NCBI GenBank assembly: GCA_038869515.1
Contig: JAWCQZ010000001.1
Location: 242,534 to 306,533, forward strand
Length of the DNA stretch: 64,000 bases
DNA from: Halobacteria archaeon
Lineage (GTDB): Archaea > Halobacteriota > Syntropharchaeia > JACQPP01
Reading direction: 5' to 3'
Shown here one piece after another: positions 55,823-64,000 of the stretch; position 1 is the first letter of the stretch; each line of letters starts with the position of its first letter. The translations under genes and the position numbers were made by a program. The notes beneath the pieces were generated by a model. The model had not been told where the DNA came from. It made no database searches and saw only the letters and a program-made list of their open reading frames with translations.

Positions 55823-55999
55823 TCAGGCTCGCGGGAACTCCGTGTAACCGCACTTCCCGCACGACTTCCGCCCTTCGTGGGCCGCCATGAAGACGCCTGG
55901 GCCGCAGCGGGGGCAGTTGTCTCGCTGCCGGCCGATCTTCCCGCCCTCGGTCTTGTAGGCCCGGGTGATGCGCCGCTCCCTCTCCTTCTTGTCGCCCAT
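55823..55999 (-). CDS. rps27ae: ribosomal protein S27ae
   Basis: Hand translation: [55 protein letters not shown] (C4 zinc ribbon). Absent from the ORF track (58 aa). Confidence 0.8.
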   Translation of the reverse strand: MGDKKERERRITRAYKTEGGKIGRQRDNCPRCGPGVFMAAHEGRKSCGKCGYTEFPRA

Positions 56000-56422
56000 C
56001 TACTTCTTCTCGGCGGGTTTCTTCTCCGCGGGCTTCGCCTCCGGCTTCTTCTCCTCCTTGGCCTCCTCCTTCTTCGGCGCCTCCCTCTTCCCCGCCGGGG
56101 CCGCCTTCTCACTCTTCTCGCCGCTGAGCCGCTTCAGGATGTGGGGGGCCTCGACCTTCCTGAGGGCCTCGGGAGTGGAGTAGACCCGGGCGAGGCCGGA
56201 AGCGCCGGGCCTCCCGTAATCGACCCGCAGGCGGCGGATGGCCACCCGCTCCGGGGGGACCTGGAGGGAGCCGGCGAGGGCCTGGAGGGCCCGGGCCCGG
56301 GGGACCATGGGGCCCGCGAAGTCGAGCCGGAAGGCGACCTCCTCCCGGTCCAAGAGGGGGTTGGGCCTCCGCTCCACCACGGTGACCGAGAGGGGCGCCG
56401 CGGGCGCGGGCTCGGGGGTCAT
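56000..56422 (-). CDS. rps24e: ribosomal protein S24e
   Basis: [35 protein letters not shown] plus Lys/Glu/Ala-rich tail. rps24e-rps27ae is a conserved pair. Confidence 0.85.
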   Translation of the reverse strand: MTPEPAPAAPLSVTVVERRPNPLLDREEVAFRLDFAGPMVPRARALQALAGSLQVPPERVAIRRLRVDYGRPGASGLARVYSTPEALRKVEAPHILKRLSGEKSEKAAPAGKREAPKKEEAKEEKKPEAKPAEKKPAEKK

Positions 56423-58311
56423 ACCAGCCGGACCGTCTCGAGGTTCATGGGGCTACGGGTCTCGATGCGGAACCTCTTGTAGATAAAACTGGCGAGTTCG
56501 ATGCACTTGGAGCCGTCCCCGTGGGCGGTGATGACCCGCTCGGGGCGGGGGGAGCACCGGTGGACGTACTCCACCAGCTCCTCCCAGTCGCTGTGGCCCG
56601 AGAAGCCGTCCACGGTCTCCACCTGGAGGCCGATTTTGATGCTCTCCCCCTCCCGCTGGACCTCGTTCCACCCCTTCTGGATGCGGCGCCCCATCGTCCC
56701 CTCCGCCTGGTAGCCCACGAAGACGAGGGTGTTCTTCTCGCTCGGGGCGAAGTTTCGGAAGTGCTCCATGACCGGGCCGCCGTTCATCATGCCCGAGGTC
56801 GCGAGGACGATCGCCTGGCCCCTTTCGGCGATTTCGGCGCGCCGGGCCGGGCTCTCGACCTGGATGAAGAGGTCGGAGAGGAAGGGGTTCTCCCCCCGGT
56901 GGAAGATGCGGTCCCGGAGGTCGCTGTTCAGGTATTCGGGGTAGGCGGTGTGGATGGCGGTCGCCTCGGAGATCATCCCGTCGGTGTAGATGGGGACCTC
57001 GGGGATGCGTTTCCGCCGGAGGGAGTCCTCGAGGACCAGCATGACCTCCTGGGAGCGGCCCACCGCGAAGGCGGGGATGAGCACCTTGCCGCCCCGGGCG
57101 AGGCTTCTCTGGATGATGGCCTCCATCTTCTCCTGGGCCTCCCGGCGGGTGGGCTGGAGATCTCCGTGGGCGCCGTAAGTCGCCTCCATGACCAGCGTCT
57201 CCAGGCGGGGGAACCGGAAGGAGGCGCCGTCGAACAGGAGGGAGCGCTCCAGCTTGAAGTCCCCCGTGAAGGCGACGTTGTAGGAGCCGTCGCCGATGTG
57301 GAAGTGGACCACCGAGGAGCCGAGGATGTGGCCCGAGTTCTGGAGGGTGATTTTCACGTCGGGGGCGATGTCGGTGACCTCGCCGAAGTCGATGGGGATG
57401 GTGTGCTTGATCGCCTCCCGGATGTCTCCCGAGTCGTAGGGGACCTTGCGCCCCTCGCGGGCCGCCACCTCGAGGAAGTCGAGGGTCAGGAGGGCCATGA
57501 GGTCCCGGGTCGGCGGCGAGCAGTAGACCGGGCCGTCGTAGCCGTACTTGAAGAGGTAGGGGACGAGGCCGCAGTGGTCGAGGTGGGCGTGGGTGAGGAC
57601 GACCGCGTCGAGCTGGGTGAGGGGCGAGGCCTCGGGGACGTAGAGGTATGGGGTGGAGTTTTTGTCGGAGCCCGCGGTGATGCCGCAGTCCACCAGGATG
57701 CGGGACTCGGGGGTGGAGAGGAGGTAGGCGTTCCGCCCCACCTCCCGGAACCCGCCGAGGGGGGTGAGGCGCACCCACTGGTCCCGGGGGGCCGAAGGGC
57801 GGTGGATTTTCTGGCCGATGCGGTGGAGGAGGACCTTCCGCTCGTCGGCGAAGGTGCGCAGGAGGGTCCGGATCTGCCGGACCGTCGAGGAGGCGAGGGG
57901 CGGGGTGCGGACCACCCGGGGGGACCACCCGATCGCCTTGGTGACCTCCCGGAGCGTCGAGCCCTGGCGGCCGATGACCAGGCCCGGCTTCTGGGCCTCG
58001 ATGACCACCTCCCCGGTCTCCGCGTTGAAGAAGAGGTCGCTGATGCCGCTGTCGGGGGGCACCATGGCGCGGAGGGTCTTCTCGGCGGCCTCGGGAGCGA
58101 TGAGGTTCTTCGGGTCGGGTCGGATGGCGATGCGCTTCTTGAGCTCCCGGGCCAGGGTCCGGACCAGCTCGTGGTCCTCGGCGAGGCGGCGGGACTCGGG
58201 GGTGTAGATGACCAGCGTGGGGCCCTCGAACTGGACCGCGCTGACGGGGACCTCCCTGGGGAGCCTCCGCTGGACCTCCTGCCGCAGTTGGGCGATGACT
58301 TCCGATGCCAT
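56419..58311 (-). CDS. aCPSF1 (FttA) beta-CASP ribonuclease with N-terminal KH domains
   Basis: KH region (GLVIGRQGSTLREVTKAIGW), metallo-beta-lactamase HAHLDHCG, beta-CASP motifs; 630 aa. Confidence 0.85.
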   Translation of the reverse strand: MASEVIAQLRQEVQRRLPREVPVSAVQFEGPTLVIYTPESRRLAEDHELVRTLARELKKRIAIRPDPKNLIAPEAAEKTLRAMVPPDSGISDLFFNAETGEVVIEAQKPGLVIGRQGSTLREVTKAIGWSPRVVRTPPLASSTVRQIRTLLRTFADERKVLLHRIGQKIHRPSAPRDQWVRLTPLGGFREVGRNAYLLSTPESRILVDCGITAGSDKNSTPYLYVPEASPLTQLDAVVLTHAHLDHCGLVPYLFKYGYDGPVYCSPPTRDLMALLTLDFLEVAAREGRKVPYDSGDIREAIKHTIPIDFGEVTDIAPDVKITLQNSGHILGSSVVHFHIGDGSYNVAFTGDFKLERSLLFDGASFRFPRLETLVMEATYGAHGDLQPTRREAQEKMEAIIQRSLARGGKVLIPAFAVGRSQEVMLVLEDSLRRKRIPEVPIYTDGMISEATAIHTAYPEYLNSDLRDRIFHRGENPFLSDLFIQVESPARRAEIAERGQAIVLATSGMMNGGPVMEHFRNFAPSEKNTLVFVGYQAEGTMGRRIQKGWNEVQREGESIKIGLQVETVDGFSGHSDWEELVEYVHRCSPRPERVITAHGDGSKCIELASFIYKRFRIETRSPMNLETVRLV

Positions 58312-58391
58312 GGGAGTGGGAAAGGGCCCGCCGGCCCGGGGGGCGGAGGGGGCGTGCCTGTGAACGGGGGACGGGGCCCCCCCGGAGAGAG

Positions 58392-59051
58392 TCAGGAGAG
58401 GCGGTCCCGGACGCGCCGGATCGCCTCTTCGGGGACGACCTCGACGGTCCCGGAGGTGACCTTGACGGCCTCGATGCCCTCCCCCGACGCCGCGTCCCGC
58501 TTCATGGCGGCGTGGAGGGCCTGGACGGCGAGGGCGACGCCGTCGTCGAGGCTCATGTCCTTCTTGAAATGCTCCTCGAGGACGCCGTAGGCGATGGGGC
58601 TGCCGCTGCCGGTGGAGACGATGGTCTTCTCGTCCAACTGCCCGCCGACGGCGTCGATGGAGTAGACCGCGGGCCCGGTCCGGTCCACGCCGCCCGCGAG
58701 CAGTTGCACGTAGTAGGGGAAGTAGCGGTTCCCGTTGAGAATGTTGGCGAGGAGGCTCGACATGGCCCGGACCGACATCGGTTCGCCGCGGCGGAGGCGG
58801 TAGAGGCGCGCCTCGACGGCGACGATGCGGGCGAGGGTCTGGGCGTCCCCCACGAGACCCGCGGTGGTGAGGGCCATCCGGTCGTCCACGGTGTAGATTT
58901 TCTTGGCGCTCTTCGAGGCGATGAAGTGGCCCATGGTGGCCCGCCTCTCGCTCGCCAGGACCACGCCGTCCTTGCAGACGAGGCCGACGGTGGTGGTGCC
59001 GTGGTAGAGCTGCTGCTTCAGGTTCTCCAGGTCGGGTTTGGCGACTTCCAT
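58392..59051 (-). CDS. psmB: proteasome beta subunit
   Basis: Propeptide then HGTTTVGLVCKDGVVLASERRAT (Thr1 after processing). Confidence 0.85.
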   Translation of the reverse strand: MEVAKPDLENLKQQLYHGTTTVGLVCKDGVVLASERRATMGHFIASKSAKKIYTVDDRMALTTAGLVGDAQTLARIVAVEARLYRLRRGEPMSVRAMSSLLANILNGNRYFPYYVQLLAGGVDRTGPAVYSIDAVGGQLDEKTIVSTGSGSPIAYGVLEEHFKKDMSLDDGVALAVQALHAAMKRDAASGEGIEAVKVTSGTVEVVPEEAIRRVRDRLS

Positions 59052-59174
59052 CGAAAACTCGTGCGGTGTTGGGGCCGGTGGCTATATAAGACTTGCGGGC
59101 CGAGGTTTCGGCCCCTCCCCCGGGAGGCCGCCCGATTCGAAAAGCGTTATCTCCCGGCCCGGGGAAAGGGGTTC

Positions 59175-59930
59175 ATGGCGAGCGAGGAGGGCAACACCCG
59201 CGACGACGAGCGGGCCCGGACGGGCGTCGAGGGGTTCGACGACCTCTGCGGAGGCGGCCTCCTCCGGGACCACACCTACCTCGCCGCCGGGGCCGCGGGG
59301 TGCGGCAAGACCCTCTTCGCCCTCCAGTTCCTCTACAACGGCGCCACGAAGTTCGACGAACCCGGCGTCTTCCTCGCGACCGAGGAGCGACCCGGGAGAA
59401 TCCGGAGGAACGCCAAGCGGTTCGGCTGGGACTTCGAGGCCCTGGAACTGAAGAGCAAAATCGCCTTCCTCGACGGCACCTCGACCCGCGTGGGGCTCCC
59501 CTCCACGGAGAAGTACGTCGAGGTCCGCGGCCTCGACATGGACTCCCTGCTCGACGACCTCGTCCGCATCCAGGAGGAGATCGGCGCGGTCCGGGCCGTG
59601 GTGGACTCCTGGTCCTCCCTCTCCTACATCTACGGCGACCCCGCCAAGGCGCGGGCCGAGGCGCTGCGGCTCGCGGCCACCCTGGAGGCCCTGGGCATGA
59701 CCGCCCTGGTGACCTCCGAGTGGTCCGACGAGAACCGGGTCCTACTCGAGTCCTTCCTGGTGGACGGCGTCATCCTCTTCTACAACTCCCGGAAGGAGAA
59801 CTTCCGGACCCGCTCCCTGGAGGTCTACAAGATGCGGGGCTCCGACCACAGCCGGAAAATCCACCCGTTCGAGATCACCCCCCGGGGCATCGTGGTCCAC
59901 GCCCGGGAAGAGGTCTACGGAGAGATTTGA
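59175..59930 (+). CDS. KaiC-like / RecA-superfamily ATPase (single domain)
   Basis: GFDDLCGGGLLRDHTYLAAGAAGCGKTLFALQF Walker A plus Walker B (AVVDSWS). Start at the internal ATG; the upstream ORF part is junk. Confidence 0.7.
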   Translation: MASEEGNTRDDERARTGVEGFDDLCGGGLLRDHTYLAAGAAGCGKTLFALQFLYNGATKFDEPGVFLATEERPGRIRRNAKRFGWDFEALELKSKIAFLDGTSTRVGLPSTEKYVEVRGLDMDSLLDDLVRIQEEIGAVRAVVDSWSSLSYIYGDPAKARAEALRLAATLEALGMTALVTSEWSDENRVLLESFLVDGVILFYNSRKENFRTRSLEVYKMRGSDHSRKIHPFEITPRGIVVHAREEVYGEI

Positions 59931-59985
59931 GGCCCTGCGGATTCTCCGTTCGAAACCTCTTTGTGTCCCGGAACGCCTTCGAAGT

Positions 59986-60450
59986 GTGGCCCCCGCCGAG
60001 AAGCGCCTGAAGGAGCTGGGTCTCCAGCTCCCCCCCGCCCCCGAGCCCATCGCCGCCTACGTCCCCTGCGTCCTGACCGGGAACCTCCTCTTCGTTTCGG
60101 CCCACATCCCGAAGGAGGGGGCGAGGATGCTCTACCGAGGCCAGGTGGGCGCCGACCTGACCCCCGAGCAGGGGGCGGAGGCGGCGAAGGTCGCGCTGCT
60201 GAACGCGCTGGCCAGCGTGAAAAAAGCCCTCGGTTCCCTCGACAGGGTGAAGCGGGTCGTGAAACTGACCGGGTTCGTCGCCTCCGCTCCGGGGTTCAAC
60301 GACCAGCCGCGGGTGGTCAACGGCGCCTCCCGCCTGCTCATCGACCTCTTCGGGGAGAGGGGCAAGCACGCGCGGGCCGCGGTGGGGGTGGCGGAGCTGG
60401 CGATGGACTCGCCGGTCTACATCGAGATGGTGCTGGAGGTGAAGGAGTAG
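59986..60450 (+). CDS. ridA: RidA/YjgF-family protein
   Basis: GTG start. Chorismate-mutase-like fold motifs: AAYVPCVLTGNLLFVSAHIP...ARAAVGVAELAMDSPVYIEMVLEV. Confidence 0.7.
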   Translation: MAPAEKRLKELGLQLPPAPEPIAAYVPCVLTGNLLFVSAHIPKEGARMLYRGQVGADLTPEQGAEAAKVALLNALASVKKALGSLDRVKRVVKLTGFVASAPGFNDQPRVVNGASRLLIDLFGERGKHARAAVGVAELAMDSPVYIEMVLEVKE

Positions 60451-60537
60451 CGGGGCCAATGAACGGGCTGGGGGGTTTCTTGCCCGGCCGCGCGCTCCGC
60501 GCCTCGTCGGCGGCGGGGACGCGATAGACCGGCGCCA

Positions 60538-62523
60538 ATGGCCACCGCCCCCTCCCCGGACCTCCAGAGGCGGATGCTCCGCACGATGATTCTCATCCGG
60601 AGATTCGAGGAGAAGACGAAGGCGGAATACATGAAGGGGACCATGTATGGATGGTATCACTCCTGCATCGGCCAGGAGGCCGTCGCCGCAGGGGTCTGCG
60701 CGGTGCTGGAAAAGGATGACTGGGCCACCACCACCCACCGCGCCGACGGCCACTGTGTCGCGAAGGGCGCGGACCTGAAAAAACTGATCGCGGAGGCCTT
60801 CGGGCGCGAGGGGGGCACATTCAAGGGGCGCGGGGGGCAGGACCACTTCGGGGCGCCCGAGGTGAACATCCCGGTCGCCCTCGGCATCGTCGGCTCGCCG
60901 ACCCTCCAGGCGGCGGGGCTCGCCCTCGCTTGCAAGCGCGAGAAAAATGGAAGAGCCGTCGCCTGCTTCACCGGCGACGACGCGACCAACATCGGCTTCT
61001 TCCACGAGGCGGCCAACCTCGCCTCCCTCTGGGACCTGCCGGTGGTCTTCGTCTGCGAGAACAACGGCTACGGCTGGACGACGCCGCAGCAGAAGCACAC
61101 GAAACTGAAGCGGCTGGCCGACCGGGCCGCCGCCTACGCCATGCCCGGAGTCACGGTGGACGGCAACGACGCGGTCGCGGTCTGGTCGGCCGCGAAGGAG
61201 GCGTTCGAGCGGGCGCGCTCGGGCGGGGGGCCCACATTCCTCGAGTGCCTCACCACCCGCTGGGAGCCCCACGCCATCGGCGACCCCGACACCTACCGCA
61301 CGAGGGAGCAGAAGGCGGAGTTGAGAAAGAACGACCCCATCCAGCGGCTGAGAGAAAAATTGGGGAGGGGGGGAGTCGTCACATCGGAGGCGGTCGAGGC
61401 CATGACCGCCGAGGCCGACCGCGCCCTCGACGAGGCCATCGCCTGGGCGAAGGCGAGCCCCGAGCCGAAGGTGGAAGACCTGACCGAATATGTCTACGCC
61501 CCCGAGCCGCCGGAGGTCCTGGAGGGCAAACCGCCCCCCAAGGAGGCGAAGTGGTCCAACATGGCGGTGAACGCGGCCATCCGGACGACGCTCGAAGAGG
61601 AGATGGCGAAGGACCCCCGGGTCTTTCTCCTCGGGGAGGATGTCTCCAACTCCATCTTCGAGACCGCCAAGGGGCTCGCCGAGAAGTTCCCGGAGCAGGT
61701 CCTGGACACCCCCATCTCGGAGTCGGCCATCGCGGGGGCGGCCATGGGGGCGGCGCTCGCGGGCCAGCGGCCCGTGGCCGAAATCATGTTCCAGGACTTC
61801 ATGTTCGTCGCCATGGACATGATTTTCAACGCCATCCCGAAGATGCGCTACATGAGCGGCGGGGCCCATAAGGTCCCGCTCGTCATTCGAAGCCCCGGCG
61901 GTGCGGGGCTCAACTCCGGCGCCCAGCACAGCCAATCCATCGAAGCGCTCTTCATGCACGCCCCGGGCCTCCGGGTGGTCTGCGCCTCCAACGCCTACGA
62001 CGCCAAGGGGCTCCTCCGGGCGAGCCTCCTCAGCCCCAACCCGGTCCTCTTCTTCGAGCACAAAATCCTCTACCTGAGCATGGGAAAGGTGCCGCAGGCG
62101 GACTACGTGGTCCCCTTCGGGGTGGCCGACGTGAAGCGGGCCGGGAAGGACGTGACGGTCGTGGCGGTCCTCGGCATGGTCCCCGTGGCCCTGAAGGCCG
62201 CGGACCAGCTGGCGAAGGAGGGGATCGAATGCGAGGTGATTGACCCGAGGACCCTCAACCCCCTCGACATGGAGACGATACTCGCCAGCGTCCGGAAGAC
62301 GGGGCGCTTGGTGACCGTCGAGGAGGGGTGCTTCACGGGGGGCATCGGAGCCGAAATCGCCGCGCGGGTGGCGGAGCGGGGACTGGAGCTCCTCAAGGCG
62401 CCCCCGGCGCGGGTCGCGGCGCCCGACAGCCCGGTTCCCTACAGCCGGCCCCTGGAGAGGGCGTTCGTGCCGAAGGCGGAGAGGGTGGCGGAGGCGGTGA
62501 GGGGGGTTGTGACGGGGAAGTGA
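60538..62523 (+). CDS. 2-oxoacid dehydrogenase E1 component, fused alpha and beta subunits (TPP-dependent; acetoin/pyruvate/BCKDH type)
   Basis: Alpha-part TPP motif GDDATNIGFFHEAANLASLWDLPVVFVCENNGYG. Beta-part from about residue 330 (ISESAIAGAAMGAALAG...) with transketolase C-terminal domain. Single 661-aa ORF. Confidence 0.8.
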   Translation: MATAPSPDLQRRMLRTMILIRRFEEKTKAEYMKGTMYGWYHSCIGQEAVAAGVCAVLEKDDWATTTHRADGHCVAKGADLKKLIAEAFGREGGTFKGRGGQDHFGAPEVNIPVALGIVGSPTLQAAGLALACKREKNGRAVACFTGDDATNIGFFHEAANLASLWDLPVVFVCENNGYGWTTPQQKHTKLKRLADRAAAYAMPGVTVDGNDAVAVWSAAKEAFERARSGGGPTFLECLTTRWEPHAIGDPDTYRTREQKAELRKNDPIQRLREKLGRGGVVTSEAVEAMTAEADRALDEAIAWAKASPEPKVEDLTEYVYAPEPPEVLEGKPPPKEAKWSNMAVNAAIRTTLEEEMAKDPRVFLLGEDVSNSIFETAKGLAEKFPEQVLDTPISESAIAGAAMGAALAGQRPVAEIMFQDFMFVAMDMIFNAIPKMRYMSGGAHKVPLVIRSPGGAGLNSGAQHSQSIEALFMHAPGLRVVCASNAYDAKGLLRASLLSPNPVLFFEHKILYLSMGKVPQADYVVPFGVADVKRAGKDVTVVAVLGMVPVALKAADQLAKEGIECEVIDPRTLNPLDMETILASVRKTGRLVTVEEGCFTGGIGAEIAARVAERGLELLKAPPARVAAPDSPVPYSRPLERAFVPKAERVAEAVRGVVTGK

Positions 62524-62798
62524 GGAAAGCATACCGCGCGGCCGTGTCCCGCAATCGCTGAAAACCCCCGACCCGTGTCCCATCGAATCGGTGACGAACA
62601 GAGCGGGCTCCGCCCACCCCCTTGAACCCCCAAGTTTTTCAGGAGGAGTCCCCCGGTGGAAGATGGGGCGGGCTCTCCCGGGTGGTTCCTTCATCCGCTT
62701 CCAGTCGCGGGCTCGCCCCTCCCCCATCCCCGCAGGCAGCCGGGCCGGAGGGCGTTGCAGCACGCGACCCTCAGCAGCGCCTCGGGCCTCTGGTCTTC

Positions 62799-63992
62799 TT
62801 ACTTCCCATGCGGCCTCACCAGCCGCTTGAGGTCGAGCATCTTGTTGATTTTATCCTTCGAGACCCCCTCCTTCGCCAGAGCCTCCTTGACGCTCAAATC
62901 CTCGTCCACCACCCTCCGCGCCACCTTCGCCGCCCGGTCATACCCCAAGTCGTGCGCCAGAGCCGTCACCAGCGCCATGCTCGACTCCGCCTGCCGCAGG
63001 CAGCGCTCCGGGTGGGCCGTGATGCCCTTGACGCACCTCTCCGCCAGGACCCGGCTGGCTCCTGCGAGGAGTTGAATCGACTCCAGCAGGTCGTAGGCAA
63101 TCAGGGGCATCATCATGTTCAGTTCCAAGAACCCCCCCATGCCGCCGAGGGTGATGGCGGCGTCGTTCCCGATGACCTGGGCGCACGCCATCGTCACCGC
63201 CTCCGGGACCACCGGGTTCACCTTTCCCGGCATGATGGAGGAGCCTGGCTGGATGGCGGGGAGGTCGATTTCGCCGAGGCCCGCCCTCGGGCCCGACGAC
63301 ATCAGCCGCAGGTCGTTGGCGATTTTCGTGAGGCTCACCGCGACCGTCTTCAGCGCCCCGCTCGCCTCGACCGCGGCATCCTTCGCCCCGAGAGCCTCGA
63401 AGGGGTTCTCGGCGCGGCGCAGGTCCTCGATGCCGGTCATCTTCCGCAACTCCGAGACGACCTCCTCGGCGAACTCGGAGTGGGCCCCGACGCCGGTCCC
63501 CACCGCGGTGCCGCCGATGGCCAGCTCCTGCAGGTGGTTGCGGGCCGACTCGACCCTCCGGATGCGGTGGTCCAACTGGGCGGCGTAGGCGGAGAACTCC
63601 TGGCCCAGGGTGACCGGCAGGGCGTCCTGCATGTGGGTCCGGCCCGCCTTCACCACATCCTTGAACTGGCGCGCCTTCTCTTCGAGGCGCTTCTTCAGGA
63701 GCCGGAGGGCGGGGAGGAGGTCGTTTTCAATCTCTTCGAGGGCCGAGAGGTGGAGGGCGGTCGGAATCACGTCGTTGCTCGACTGGCCCAGGTTGACGTG
63801 GTCGTTCGGGTGGACCGGGGACTTGCCGCCGCGCTTCCCGGTGAGCATTTCGTTGGCCCGCCCCGCGACTACCTCGTTGGAGTTCATGTGGGTCGAGGTG
63901 CCGGAGCCGGTCTGGAAGAGGTCCACGACGAACTGGGAGTCGTGCTTCCCCGAGGCGACCTCCTTCGCGGCCGCCTCGATCGCCCTCCCCAA
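62799..63992 (-). CDS. class II fumarate hydratase / aspartate ammonia-lyase family enzyme (5' end beyond the window)
   Basis: GSSIMPGKVNPVVPEAV signature and TGSGTSTHMNSNEVVA; the N-terminus lies outside the window. Confidence 0.8.
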   Translation of the reverse strand: MGRAIEAAAKEVASGKHDSQFVVDLFQTGSGTSTHMNSNEVVAGRANEMLTGKRGGKSPVHPNDHVNLGQSSNDVIPTALHLSALEEIENDLLPALRLLKKRLEEKARQFKDVVKAGRTHMQDALPVTLGQEFSAYAAQLDHRIRRVESARNHLQELAIGGTAVGTGVGAHSEFAEEVVSELRKMTGIEDLRRAENPFEALGAKDAAVEASGALKTVAVSLTKIANDLRLMSSGPRAGLGEIDLPAIQPGSSIMPGKVNPVVPEAVTMACAQVIGNDAAITLGGMGGFLELNMMMPLIAYDLLESIQLLAGASRVLAERCVKGITAHPERCLRQAESSMALVTALAHDLGYDRAAKVARRVVDEDLSVKEALAKEGVSKDKINKMLDLKRLVRPHGK

Positions 63993-64000
63993 CTTCGGGT

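Overview
High-GC (about 68-70% by eye) archaeal chromosomal segment, densely packed with genes, many of them translationally coupled through 4-nt ATGA or 1-nt overlaps. **Most of the window is housekeeping.** It carries ribosomal protein genes (L44e, S27e, L7Ae, S28e, L24e, L11, S19e, L39e, S24e, S27ae) plus aIF2-alpha, Nop10, RpoE'/Spt4, RFC small subunit, FEN1, a short XPF, IleS, aCPSF1, proteasome beta and a PAC2-family proteasome assembly chaperone. It also holds an archaeosine pathway split across two loci (tgtA-arcS and queC-queE), one tRNA-Leu(UAG), two aquaporins flanking a cation/H+ antiporter, an NhaP antiporter, a H+-pyrophosphatase, a GH51 arabinofuranosidase, a sulfur-relay pair (DsrE-like plus TusA), Fe-S assembly genes (Mrp-NifU fusion plus Nfu), thioredoxin reductase, HtpX and others. 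Promoters look like leaderless archaeal TATA boxes ('aaaCtTATA' about 25-30 bp upstream of start codons). **The standout is a two-gene ubiquitin-like conjugation module at 12593-14444.** A ThiF/MoeB-type E1 with a cysteine-rich C-terminal extension is followed, overlapping by 8 nt, by an ORF encoding an N-terminal ubiquitin-like beta-grasp domain fused to a canonical UBC E2 domain (HPN...C active-site motif). The beta-grasp domain ends in ...SGG immediately before the E2 domain. No JAB/MPN deubiquitinase or RING E3 is detectable in the window. Other items worth a second look: a 59-aa Cys-rich ORF missed by the ORF track, two long perfect hairpins in the nfu 3' region, an RHH-zinc-ribbon ORF coupled to queC, a membrane-tethered wHTH regulator, and fused 2-oxoacid dehydrogenase E1 alpha/beta.
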